Shown piece after piece: positions 1 through 18,190 of a DNA stretch of 64,000 nucleotides (positions within the stretch are counted from its first letter, which is position 1; each line of letters starts with the position of its first letter). Source of the stretch: Alloascoidea hylecoeti (Eukaryota); the NCBI GenBank assembly GCA_001600815.1, contig BCKZ01000003.1, positions 979,474-1,043,473 of the forward strand, given 5' to 3'. The translations under genes and the position numbers were made by a program. The notes beneath the pieces were generated by a model. That model worked only from the letters and a program-made list of their open reading frames with translations, was not told the origin of the DNA and searched no databases.

Positions 1-115
1 TGCCGAATTTGATGAACCTAAGAATCTATTTGACCAGAAAGATTCTATTTTCCGAGAAATGTGTAATAGATCAGGAATATCAGAGGAAGATTTTGTTACT
101 ACTGCTAATTTATAA
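1..115 (+). CDS. YOR1: 3' end of an ABCC/MRP (YOR1-like) transporter paralogue, truncated by window edge
   Basis: Frame from base 2 reads AEFDEPKNLFDQKDSIFREMCNRSGISEEDFVTTANL*; bases 1-95 are identical to 7663-7757 of the full ABC gene downstream. Confidence 0.85.
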   Translation, partial: AEFDEPKNLFDQKDSIFREMCNRSGISEEDFVTTANL

Positions 116-564
116 ATGAATCACGATCATGATGATTTAATTAATGAACTAATAAATTAACTAATATAAATAATATTGCATGTATATCTCCAGCTTTGAC
201 TATCGGGATTAATTAATTTAAAGTACTGTATATAAATATTAGCAGATGGATATAATAAACACGTATAGCTATTAATTTATAAATAATATAAAATGATAAC
301 TGAAAAGAAGGAATGATAAGAATTTATTACATTGCTCAATAATTTAGTTTTGAGATATTGTATGGTCGTTAAACGTACTTTTGATTATAAGCGTAACCCT
401 TGGTTATCGATTGAAATTTTTATTGGCATTAGTGAGATACTATTAGAGTGGTGTTACATATTTGTTTTTCTTTGATTATCTATACTAGATTGGTGTCTCA
501 ATGAATTTCTACAATGGTACCAAAATACTAATTATTAGGATATTTAAAGACTGAATATTCCCAT

Positions 565-969
565 TTATATTAGATTAACCGAGATTATAATTATTATAAT
601 CATCAATAATCCTTCTGGCAATTCAGCCCAATTAACTTTAAATTTCTTATTAACCCTATGGTTTCTCGTAATTGTAGTATATTTCTTTTCTTTATTCTTC
701 AACTGTTTAATACTTTTCAACTGCATAATATCCTCTATATTGAATTTTCCTCTGCAAAGAGGACAAATATTAGATGATCGTGCCCAAGACTTAATACACG
801 AATCGTGATAAGCATGAAGACATGGCTTAATTTTTGAAACTGACGGTATAACTGTAGATATTTTCTTAGCATCCGGATTTAAATTTAATGATTCCAAGCA
901 AATAGAACAGTGTTCAAGTTCATAAACACTTTCAACACATTTATCATTATGTTTATTTTTGAATATCAT
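565..969 (-). CDS. Small RING-H2 (C3H2C3) protein, Asr1-like RING; possibly truncated or a pseudogene
   Basis: CSICLESL...PCLHAYHDSCIKSW...CPLCR; C-terminal WAELPEGLLMIII resembles the start of an F-box. Confidence 0.6.
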   Translation of the reverse strand: MIFKNKHNDKCVESVYELEHCSICLESLNLNPDAKKISTVIPSVSKIKPCLHAYHDSCIKSWARSSNICPLCRGKFNIEDIMQLKSIKQLKNKEKKYTTITRNHRVNKKFKVNWAELPEGLLMIIIIIISVNLI

Positions 970-1022
970 TTTAAATTTTTAATGAAAGCAAAGGAAAAGG
1001 AAAACGTGGAAAACTTAAGGAA

Positions 1023-1400
1023 CTGTACTTTACCTATAAGAGTAGGGGATTGTAATTTATATGAAAAAAAAAGATACATAATTTAAAATGATCAAATATA
1101 GAAAGTTTAAGAAATTTACGATATATGCACATCCATTTTATTGTCTATGTATGTGGTCCATTGCTATTGTAGCTTCTTTTGGCGGAAGTCTTTTGAATAT
1201 TCTGACGAGAATCATTTTTATTGTAAGGTATTTTAGTCCAGATGGTCGAATATTAGCTCAAGGGGTCGTCAAATAATTTGTGTGACGATTAGTCTAAAAT
1301 TTTGTTGTGTCATGTGGTCGAATGATACTACATGCAAATAGTTTCTCAACAGTAGAACTTATAGGTCGATGAGTGACCTTTATTCACCCAAAATACTGTA
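1023..1400. mobile_element. Degenerate MITE-like element (same family as 63499-63780); left boundary uncertain
   Basis: Shares ATGGYCGAA, GCAAATAGTTTCTCAA and AGGTCGAT with the 63.5-63.8 kb element; ends TACTG|TA. Confidence 0.4.
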
Positions 1401-2219
1401 GGCCTATATCATGGTTTTATTAATACAAAAAATTTGTTCGATCAGAAATTTGATTGATTTTTGTTTTCCTTCTTATAATCATAACCATTCGCAGGGCTCA
1501 TATCCTGTTAAGTTGAATACAAACGGATAGAGAAAGATAAAGTGTATAAGTCAGTTATGTGGCATCACCCTTTTCTTTATAGATTAGAATTTGGGGTCTC
1601 TAGACTCATAAGGTGAGAAATATAAGGGGCATAAAAGGTTGGTATATCTTAAAGGTTTAGAGATACGCGCTTATAAGCCTGATAGTGTATCGGTATAAGC
1701 TATAAGGTTATATGCTTACCTGGATTGACATATGGTGCCATCCATCGAAATTGACCTGTAAATTTCCTGCGCGGTAACTGCACATATGATGATTACTTGT
1801 ACGGGTTATGTGCATATGCAAATATACTATATACAGTACTATGCAAGTATCTGTGTGAATATTATAAAGCATTAAATAAAGTGTTGGATATCTAGACTGT
1901 TCGAAGACGCAAATAATATAGGAGAATCTTATACTCTTCACAAAAACCCATTTCAACTTACCAGAGTGATGAAATTGGACTCAACCGTTTCATATACCAA
2001 CTTTTTTGTATCATGTGCAGCTGTGTGTGTAAATATTAAACACCGACATTTACAACCTTTTAAGTTACAACAGTATATAAGATAATAAAAGCAAACATAT
2101 TCCACCTCTTTTTCTTCACCTCACTGCTGCTCTAACGAAAAAGAAAAAAGTTTTTGTTTGAAGTTTTCGAAATCGCATCCATACTTTAATTTATTGTCTA
2201 TACCTGATATTCACAGAAA

Positions 2220-2685
2220 ATGACTCGTGAATCAGTTATATCTGCAAGAAAGCTCATCATCGTCAAGTCCTAATGTGTCAAAGCTTGATTCTTCCACCCA
2301 AACCGAAATTGAAGAAAATAACATAGATGAAATAGAACACATTGAATCTCTTATCAACGACTTGCAGTCAGATGATGAAGATAACGATGGTACTGACATG
2401 GTTTGCTTGGATTATTATTTTTGCCTTATTGATCCTTAATGCTGTTGTTAGATTTTTCCAGGAATTTCAGGCTATTAATATTAACACCGTTAAAGCTTTG
2501 AAAATCATTGGCTACTAATGCCATAGTAATCCGTAATGGTAAGTTAGTTGAAATCGAAGCAATAAATGTTGTCCCATGAGATATCTTAAAATTGGAAGAA
2601 GGAACTGTCATTCCAGCAGATGGTAGAATTATCAGTGAAAGAGCTACAAATTGACGAATCTATAATCACTGCGAATTCGGTTGTT
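2220..2685 (+). pseudogene. PMA1: Fragmentary pseudogene of plasma-membrane H+-ATPase (PMA1-like N-terminus and A-domain)
   Basis: Broken frames give [72 protein letters not shown] and LQIDESIIT; stop, frameshifts, internal deletion. Confidence 0.85.
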
Positions 2686-3360
2686 CGACATCGACATCAA
2701 CACAGGTAGCCGAATATTTAGCTCATCATATCGCCGATATTTATTCCGGGTCCGGGTCTTCAGATTATAGACTCACGTAACTGTAATAACTCTGAAAGTG
2801 GACGGAATTAAGTGGAATAACTGCATATTTTGTTGCTTGCGGCTTACTACAAATTATGCGGGGGACTTAATACATTATAGGCGTATTGACATTTATTTAC
2901 TATATACACATTATAAATAAATTCTGTATTTTCTGTGGTCTGTTATACAGGTTTTTAGTTAATTTCGGAATTTAGAGCATCATTTATTTTCTTTTTTATA
3001 CTATAGCTAAAATAATGATTTTAACTCTTAAGCTTTGGCGTCTATTAATTATTATCTAAATATTATTATAGCATTCAAATAGAAATAATATAAGTTATTG
3101 TTTAAGATATATTCATTGTACTAATTGGTAGTAGCATGTTAACATACTATTGTATTGTTAACAGGTTAAAGGCTGATTGATGGCATAAAGTGATATACCA
3201 TATCAAAGATTAATTATATAATTAAAACTTACCTATAATTATGTGTTTTAAAAGCACTAAACTAATAAAGGAATTTAAATAGCTCATCAAAGTTACCCTG
3301 ATTCTATTAAATATCAATAAATTGCTATATATTTCCATATAAGCAACTTAATTGTATAAT

Positions 3361-3445
3361 GAAAGACTAGACCAAAATAGAAAGTGCGTGGAAACACTAA
3401 ACCAAAATAGAAAGTGCAGTGAAATACTAGTTAAAAGTGAAAAGT
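3361..3445. repeat. 30-bp tandem repeat (~2.5 copies) in the ABC transporter promoter
   Basis: gaaagactagaccaaaatagaaagtgcgtg / gaaacactaaaccaaaatagaaagtgcagt / gaaatactag... Confidence 0.7.
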
Positions 3446-3574
3446 TTGCTCACTGAACTTTTCTTTAAGAATATAAATAAGAGTTTCATTTTAAATTGTG
3501 AATCAATATCCTATTGAAACAATTGGGTATTAAAAAAAATTAGTGATTATAATTAGGAGTAGAGGCTGCAAACG

Positions 3575-7771
<4,197 letters not shown>

Positions 7772-8351
7772 ATTAATTACAATCATGGTAGTTTAAAACG
7801 CTAATTAATGAATTAATGTAAAGAATATTGTATAGCTATAAGATACCACATAGCCATTGTTTAATATTGTTATTACTAAAAAGGTATATTATTAAATGAG
7901 AGATTTTAGTAGAGCTATAACTAAGGGCTAGGGATTATATACCTATTTATATTAAGACTACTCTCTCCATATTGACCATCCCACGATTCGATTTATAACT
8001 ATTTTAGAATCTAGACTAGTAACATATTAAATAATACGTTCAGTACAATTGATCTTTTATTAGCATATTTTTAGGCTAATTAATTATAATGAAAGTAGAT
8101 GTGTAGCATTTGCAAAGATTCATCTTGTAATCGAAAATTACTTCCAGATTTGCCGAATATTTAAGCTCTGTTCCGATGCAAGACTTGACGGGATGTTCCA
8201 ATATTTACTCAATATAGTACTTTTGGAGCTTCTTCATATACACGTAATAGTGGTGTTTAGAGGGCGAAATTAAGTTACATTTAATACTTGAATTTACGAC
8301 GCGGGCTAATAACACCCCAAACCTCCAAACTTTTCTCCAACATAAGAAAAT

Positions 8352-9776
<1,425 letters not shown>

Positions 9777-9945
9777 ATAGTGCTGAAATATACTTAATGT
9801 AAACCGTGTCTGCGTATATATCAGAACAATCTCACTGGCCTCTTTATACTTGGCCACTATTGTAATCATCAATCCACCATTTGGATTTCTTGTTAGGATT
9901 TTAAGGATAAATTCACGACAAGACTGATTAAATATTCAAAAGACA

Positions 9946-10970
9946 ATGCTTCAATTGCAATATCATAATCTTTTGTTACAATCAATCTTAACTGAAAGAT
10001 TGGCACCTGATGCGACTCCGGTTTTATTAGACCAACTTATTTCTGATTTTGATAAAGTAACCGTTCATGTCTCAACCCCTGACAGAGATGCTAGAAACAA
10101 AATTTTAATCTCTCTATATATCAAATGTTTCAATGATTTAGAAAGATATGGTGCTAGAGAGGTATTAAGTAGAGAATATGGAGACCTTGAAGTGAATCCA
10201 CCAGAAAGTGGCTATGATTTTTCAATACTTTTAGATGTTGATACACTTTCAGAAGATATTGAAATCCGTAATGCATTAATTGATAAGATTTCTTTAATAA
10301 AAAGAAATGCATTAGCTGGACCATTTGAAGAAGCATTTGCTAAATTTGATGAATTGAATGCTGATGCAAAACAAAAAGGACTGGAATTATATGCACCAGA
10401 AGATTCAAAAGCTGAAGTTATGGCAATTCATTATCGTGATGAAGAATCAATTTTTATTAAACCATCTCATGATCGTGTAACTGTTATTTTTTCAACAGTT
10501 TTTAAGGATGAGACTGATAAAGTGTTTGGTAAAGTGTTTTTACAGGTATGTTTATTATATTTATATTTTGTTATATTGGAAGCAATATCTAATTGAATCT
10601 GATTTAGGAATTCGTCGACGCTCGTAGAAGAGCTATTCAAAATGCGCCACAAGTTTTATATTCTCCAAAAGAACCTCCATTAGAAATCCGAAACTTACCG
10701 GGATTAAGACATTCTGATGATATTGCCTATGTTACCTTTGTTTTGTTCCCACGTCATTTGGCCCCACAAAGAAGAGAAACTTGTATCAGCCATATTCAAG
10801 TATTCCGAGACTATTTCCATTATCACATCAAGTGTTCCAAAGCTTATATGCACACCAGAATGAGATTCCGTGTTACTGAGTTCTTAAAAGTACTGAACAG
10901 AGCTAAACCAGAAGGTGAAGAAAAGGAAAGAAAAACTGCTACTGGTAGAAGATTTGAAGTGCGCACTTAA
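9946..10970 (+). CDS. ARC35: Arp2/3 complex subunit ARPC2; exons 9946-10545, 10608-10970
   Basis: [53 protein letters not shown]. Confidence 0.95.
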
Positions 10971-11137
10971 ATGTTTACATGTTTATATAGCTTAGGGTAG
11001 TTTTTAATAATATGTCCGCACACACATTCAAAAAAAAAAACAATATAAATACTCCATCTCTTTGGATTCTTCTCTTCTTCTTCCATACACTTTTTAAATC
11101 ATTTCCCTTCCAGGTCTCTCCTTTTTTCTGACTATAA

Positions 11138-12349
<1,212 letters not shown>

Positions 12350-12545
12350 AAGAAGTATATATTTGCTTTATAATGATAATGATAAGATAACGGTAAAATG
12401 ATGAATGATGATGATGATAATAATAATGATAATTGTTTTAATTTGCTATTAATGTAGGATCTATAATTTAATTTAAAAATTTAATTTAATTTAATAATAT
12501 ATTATAATATGATATGATATGATATGTAATAAATAGTAAAAAGAT

Positions 12546-12899
12546 TCATAATAATTTAGCGATATAAATTATAAGTATTAGCAGGAAGGCATTTAGAAAG
12601 AGTTTTCCACTTGATATAAAATAAGAATTAGAAATAAAATCAGTATTAATATTAATAGAATTAGAATTTGAATTTGAATTTGAATTTGAATTTGAATTAG
12701 AATTAGAATTAGAATTAGAATTAGAATTAGAATTAGGGTGAATATGATTTGAAGAGGTGCCGGCAGTTATGAAAGTTCCAGATTGGGATTGTAATTGTAA
12801 TTGTGATTGTGATTGTGATTGTGATTGTGATTGTGATTGGGATTTGAGTTTCAATTTCAAGTTGGAGATAGTATCATCAATATCAATAAGTTCCAGTTG
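12546..12899 (-). other. In-frame 117-codon open extension downstream of the tropomyosin UAG (candidate readthrough segment with C-terminal hydrophobic anchor)
   Basis: TAG CAA CTG GAA CTT... reads QLELIDIDDTISNLKLKLK(SQ)n...(NS)n...KLFLNAFLLILIIYIAKLL*; contains no ATG of its own. Confidence 0.55.
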
Positions 12900-13619
12900 C
12901 TAAATATTATCCAATTGTTGGGATATTTCATCAAGTTCAGATTTTGTTGATACATATTTTTCAGTAAGCTCTTCAAATTTCTTTTCCCAATTATCTCTTT
13001 GAGTTTCTAAAGAAATAATTTGCTTTTCCAATTGTTCAGATTTTAAATCAATATCACGTAATTTAAATGAAGCTTCTTTAAAACGAATTTCTGAATCTTC
13101 TAAATCTTTTTCTAATAAATGATTTTTTTTAATAAATGAATCATTAGAAGATTTAATAATATTTGAATCATTTAAATCTAATTTATTTTGAGTTACAATT
13201 GATTCTAATTTATCAATTTCTTGTTCAAATAATTGATTTTTACGCTTTAACGATTGGATTTCTTCATTTTTTAAAAAAATTTCTTCTTCTAATGTTTTAA
13301 CTTTTGAGATTGATGATTGAACTTTTTCTTGAGCGATTTCAGCATCATTTTTCAAAGTATTGATTTTCTATAAATTATAAAAGATATTTATAAATAGAAG
13401 ATTAGATAATTATAATAATATATGAAAAAGAACTGCACATGTTGTTCTGTGCATTTTGTAGTAAGTGCCAAATCATCACATCGACACATCGCGGAAGTAA
13501 CATTTGAACAGTTGCATACCGAAATACCGAAGCACCGAAGTATCCAAAAGCCCCAAAGTCCAAAGCCCAATGTCCAGCCATCAAAGAGTCCAATTACATA
13601 CTTGGGTGAGTCTGTCCAT
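12900..13619 (-). CDS. TPM1: Tropomyosin (161 aa, Cdc8/Tpm type); exons 13619-13602 and 13367-12900
   Basis: ATG GAC AGA CTC ACC CAA|GTATGT...TAG|AAA ATC AAT gives MDRLTQKINTLKNDAE...ELDEISQQLDNI*; continuous coiled coil, length matches fungal 161-aa tropomyosins. Confidence 0.9.
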
Positions 13620-13868
13620 TGTTATTTATTTGGAGGTTGAGAACACGCGAGGAAGACGGTGGCTGCAAAGAACCCGAGGGCGTACGGGTGTATGCAGTGC
13701 GTATGCAGTGCGTATGCAGGCGGCCCAGACAGGGATTATTCGCGGCTGCATATTTATTTGGAGGAGGCTGGTTTCCTCCCATTTTTATAAGTCTGGCAGT
13801 TCTTTTGAGAAACTACTCTAATTTCTTTCATTCACATCTAAAATTATAACAGCAGGATACTTAGCGAA

Positions 13869-16800
13869 ATGGGGCTAGACCGTACTTATAGCATAAATCC
13901 CCGCAACAACCATCTCTACCAAACCTCCCTGTCCGGCTCCAGCCTACAACATTCCTCCTCCCAAACTCACCACCGCAGAGCTTCTTCACGGGTTTCAAGA
14001 GTCTCAAAACCACCGACGCCATCACGGTCTTCTTCGCGCAAAAGAATACCTTCCAGGACCGTCCCCGGCGAGTATCTCCCCCTGGTCAGAAGAACCTCTA
14101 CCGAGATTTCCCCCAAGTCTCCCAATATCACCCCCAGACCTTCCCCCAGACCTTCCCCCAGACCTTCCAAAATGCCACTCGCACGGTCAGACGCGTCCAT
14201 CAAATCGTCTCCATCTCCAGACCCCTCATCTAATTCCATACAATCTTCTTCATACTCCGGTCCAAATCTATATATAACTTCCACAAATGTTAAAGATTTA
14301 CGAATTCCTTCAATGACCACTGCCACCTCCCAAAATACAAGTTTACGAAGAAGACAAGATTCTCAACGAAAAAGACATTCATCTAAAAAATCTTCTTCCA
14401 GAAAATCCTCTTCTATAAAATCAAAACAATCTTCAATGATGAAAAATGGTATTTCTGCTGATAATAATATAAAACGTTCTTCATTACGGAAATCTTCTTC
14501 ATCAAAAAGGCGCGTTGGTGTAGATGTAAAACCAGTATTTGTCGAACCCACATTACCATCTGTTTCAACATATGGAACTGTCAACCAACTTCTTGCAAAT
14601 GGTCAAACGTCTGGTATTGAAATTGGTCGACATGGAACTATACGTAAAAGGAGAAGTAATGAAAATACAGTTGCAAATGAAACAATAGTATTAACTCAAA
14701 GTAGATCTAATGTTGATTTAACTAATCAACCAAAAATAAAAAGAAGAAAAACTAAAACTAAAAAATCAAAATCAAAACAAAAAAAATCTTTCTTTTGTTT
14801 TGGTAAGAGATCTTCTGTTTCAAGAAAATCTTCATTAACAAGAAGAACTTCAATTGCAAGAAGAACTTCTGTATCTAGAAAAAATTCTGTTGCTAGAAGA
14901 ACAACAATTAATAATAAAAGAAGAAGAAGTATAAGACATAAACCAACAACAACTTATAAATATAAAAATAAATCACAGTTAAATAATTCTTTTATCCCTG
15001 CAAAATTACTTAAAATAAATGAATTTAATAATATACAACAAGGCAATGAATATAATTCAATTTATCCAATGGATACAATAATTAAAACAGGAACAACTGA
15101 AACATTTGATACAGCAAGATCATCAATTATAAATCCTTTATCATATATTGATAATAATGAAGTTATTAAATCAATTATACCTGATTATTTACATTATTAT
15201 GATTTTAAATCTGATTTAAATAAATTAATTTCAAGAAATCCAAAATTAACAAAATCAAATGTTTTAGCAACAATCGATTCAAATAAAAATATTATATTAC
15301 AAGAATTAGATAATGATACATCAAAAATTGATAAAAAATTAATTTCAAATATTATTTTAAATAATGAAAACGAATTAATTAATGATCATGAACAATTTAG
15401 AAAAAGAATTGCTCAATTACATCATGATTCATTAATTTCAAATAATAATATATCAAATTTTAAAAAAAATTCAAATTCAATTGATAGATCATCAAAAAGA
15501 CCATTATCAAATTTAGAAATAATTAATGAATCTGCATCAGATTATGAAAGTTCATTTAAAAGAAATTTTACAATGTCAAATAAAAATAAAGGTTATAATT
15601 ATGATCAAAATTTTATTGATGAACCACCAATTGCTTTTAAAGGAGAAAGTGATCCACAATTAGTTGATTTATGGAATTCTTATTTAAGAAGAGTTTTAGC
15701 AAATAGAATTGCTTTAAGACAAAAATTAGCTCAACAATCATCACAAGATCAAATTGATTATATTTCAATTTATACAACTACATCATCATCATCATCATCA
15801 TCATCATCTAATTCAGGTTCTAATAATTCAAATTATGATTATGATGAAGAAGATGAAAGTATTTATAGTTCAAATTCAATTCAACCATCAATAATGTCAT
15901 CAAATTCTAATTCAAATACTTCCAATGGTTCAATTTCAAATGATGATGTTAGACATGTATCACAATTAAGTATTTTATCTCCTCCATTATCACCAGATTT
16001 AACATCAACAACAGGACAGAATCAATCAAAACATTATTCAAAAGAAGAATTTAAACAACTTGAACAATTACAATTAGAATCACAAATTAAAGAATTAGAA
16101 CCACCAATTATATTTGATAATGATATAAATGAAATTCAAACTCCTTTAACTCCACAAAGTGAAAGTGAAATTGAAATTGTAAAAGAAATTCATTCAAATA
16201 ATGATAATTCTATTAATTCTAATATTGATTTAAATCATAATAAATCAATTAAAAGTATTTCATCTGGTGAAGTTCAATTTCATAAACAATTAAGTGAAAG
16301 TTTAGAAAAATTAGAAAATAGATTAGAAGCTATTGATGAACCAATTATTATTAATATTGAAAGTGATGATGAAAATGAACAAGAACATGATAATGATGAT
16401 AATGAAAATGTTATACTTATTGGATCTCCTTCACCATTACCATTATCAAAATCAAAATCAAAATCAACTTTAAATTCAAATTCAAATGAATTACTTTCTG
16501 CTCCAACTGATATTGAAAGACCAATGAGTGTTGAAAGTAGATTAATAGCAGATGAAGAAATTGAATTTTATAAAAAACATAATATTGAAAATATTTTAAA
16601 ACCAATATTAGAATCAGAAAGAATAAAAAGAAATTCAAATTCAAATTCAAGTTCAAGTCTTGATGAAATATTACCTACAAAAGAAGAAGAAGAAGAAGAA
16701 GAAGAAATTAAAACACCACTTATCACAAAAAAATCAGATAAATCTAATAGAAATAGTAATGAATCTTCATTATCTTCTGGTGAATTACTTGAAAAATTAA

Positions 16801-17672
16801 CTACAAATCCAACAAACCCAGTTGTTAGATTATCATCAACTCCAGAATCTTTAACTCGTTATGGTTTCCCTGCTAGTGAAGGAACGCAAGAAATTAATCG
16901 CTATAGTCCTGGTAATCATGCTGGCGATCGTACCAGTAGTATTGTTCCTATTCCACCTATATCATCACGATCTTCTTTAACATCAAATAGAAGATCATTA
17001 CCACCACCACCAATGCAACAATTGGAACCAGCTTGGCAACCAAAACCTACAGAAACACATAGACATTCAACAGGTGAAATTAGTGATAATTCTATATCTT
17101 CTTCTGTTCGAAGACAATCTCATCCATCTAATTATCGTTCTGGTCCATTTATAAGACAATTATCTAATAGTTCAGATAAAACACAAAGTTCTGTTGATTC
17201 GAATGAATCCAATACATCAAAATTATCAAGAGGTAGTCCAAATAGAAAAAGAAGTAGACCATTATCTGTTATTCAACATATTCCAAGTTCATCATCATCA
17301 ATAAATATTAATGATAATGAAAAATTAAATTTACAATTACCGCCACCACCACCAAAAATTTCAATTACAAGTTCATCAAATTTTCCAAAATCAATTTCTG
17401 CAATGGCAATTAAAGCTTCAAATAAAAAAAATAAACTATTATCATCAACATCATTTTCATCATCACATAATTTATTAAATAATGAAAAAATTAAAAGAAA
17501 TTTTTCTTTTGAATCTTATTATTCAACATCTGGTGATTCAATGATATATACATTACCAACTGAAAGAATTATAAGAGAAAGTCAAGCTCCTGATATTGTT
17601 GAAGAAGTTGAAATGCATGAAAATAAACCTGAACGTAATAATAATCGTAGTAGATATCAACATAAAAAATAG
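13869..17672 (+). CDS. Large Ser/Asn-rich low-complexity protein, probably Aim44/Gps1-like
   Basis: 1267-aa ORF; single helical island LVDLWNSYLRRVLANRIALRQKL recalls Aim44; linkage to PEP4 and a BEM4-like gene as in S. cerevisiae chr XVI. Confidence 0.6.
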   Translation: MGLDRTYSINPRNNHLYQTSLSGSSLQHSSSQTHHRRASSRVSRVSKPPTPSRSSSRKRIPSRTVPGEYLPLVRRTSTEISPKSPNITPRPSPRPSPRPSKMPLARSDASIKSSPSPDPSSNSIQSSSYSGPNLYITSTNVKDLRIPSMTTATSQNTSLRRRQDSQRKRHSSKKSSSRKSSSIKSKQSSMMKNGISADNNIKRSSLRKSSSSKRRVGVDVKPVFVEPTLPSVSTYGTVNQLLANGQTSGIEIGRHGTIRKRRSNENTVANETIVLTQSRSNVDLTNQPKIKRRKTKTKKSKSKQKKSFFCFGKRSSVSRKSSLTRRTSIARRTSVSRKNSVARRTTINNKRRRSIRHKPTTTYKYKNKSQLNNSFIPAKLLKINEFNNIQQGNEYNSIYPMDTIIKTGTTETFDTARSSIINPLSYIDNNEVIKSIIPDYLHYYDFKSDLNKLISRNPKLTKSNVLATIDSNKNIILQELDNDTSKIDKKLISNIILNNENELINDHEQFRKRIAQLHHDSLISNNNISNFKKNSNSIDRSSKRPLSNLEIINESASDYESSFKRNFTMSNKNKGYNYDQNFIDEPPIAFKGESDPQLVDLWNSYLRRVLANRIALRQKLAQQSSQDQIDYISIYTTTSSSSSSSSSNSGSNNSNYDYDEEDESIYSSNSIQPSIMSSNSNSNTSNGSISNDDVRHVSQLSILSPPLSPDLTSTTGQNQSKHYSKEEFKQLEQLQLESQIKELEPPIIFDNDINEIQTPLTPQSESEIEIVKEIHSNNDNSINSNIDLNHNKSIKSISSGEVQFHKQLSESLEKLENRLEAIDEPIIINIESDDENEQEHDNDDNENVILIGSPSPLPLSKSKSKSTLNSNSNELLSAPTDIERPMSVESRLIADEEIEFYKKHNIENILKPILESERIKRNSNSNSSSSLDEILPTKEEEEEEEEIKTPLITKKSDKSNRNSNESSLSSGELLEKLTTNPTNPVVRLSSTPESLTRYGFPASEGTQEINRYSPGNHAGDRTSSIVPIPPISSRSSLTSNRRSLPPPPMQQLEPAWQPKPTETHRHSTGEISDNSISSSVRRQSHPSNYRSGPFIRQLSNSSDKTQSSVDSNESNTSKLSRGSPNRKRSRPLSVIQHIPSSSSSININDNEKLNLQLPPPPPKISITSSSNFPKSISAMAIKASNKKNKLLSSTSFSSSHNLLNNEKIKRNFSFESYYSTSGDSMIYTLPTERIIRESQAPDIVEEVEMHENKPERNNNRSRYQHKK

Positions 17673-18190
17673 ATAAGAAGATTTTATCATTGTTATTGCA
17701 TTTATATTTATATTTTTATATTAATTGTTTTTTTTTTTGTCTTTTGATTTAATCTTCATGATCATGAACATATACATTAGAATTTTTATTTTTATTTTTA
17801 TTTTTATTTTTATTTTAAAAACATAAAAGAAGTTGATATTTATTTTTTTTGCTTTTTTTTTTTTTTAAACCATGGCTTTTTATATATAATAAGCTTATAT
17901 GGGTATGGATGGATCCTTTGTTTTTGCATTATATTTTTTTGTTATCTATAAATTTAGATCATCATTAATTATTGTTTATAATTTATTTTTTTAATATATT
18001 GTATTTTTCTATCATTTTTTATTAATTATTAGATAAATAAATAAAATAAAATAAAATTAATTAAATTAAATTAAATAATAAAATTTTAAAAAGCCATTCG
18101 TATAATAAGGTTAATAAAGGTTATTGAGATAAAAATTAAAATTTACTTCCCCAGTAATTTTTCAAAAAATCTTAAAATTTTCATTTGCAC

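Noticed and set aside
12546..12560. PTS1 signal (AKL) at the end of the tropomyosin extension
   Set aside because: The terminus is AKLL, so the tripeptide is not C-terminal
12546..12860. 104-aa ORF as an independent GPI/membrane gene
   Set aside because: Starts at TTG, has no ATG, signal peptide or promoter space, and is in frame with tropomyosin; treated as a possible extension instead
13388..13849. Several short ORFs on both strands
   Set aside because: They fall in the tropomyosin intron/promoter and have no coding features
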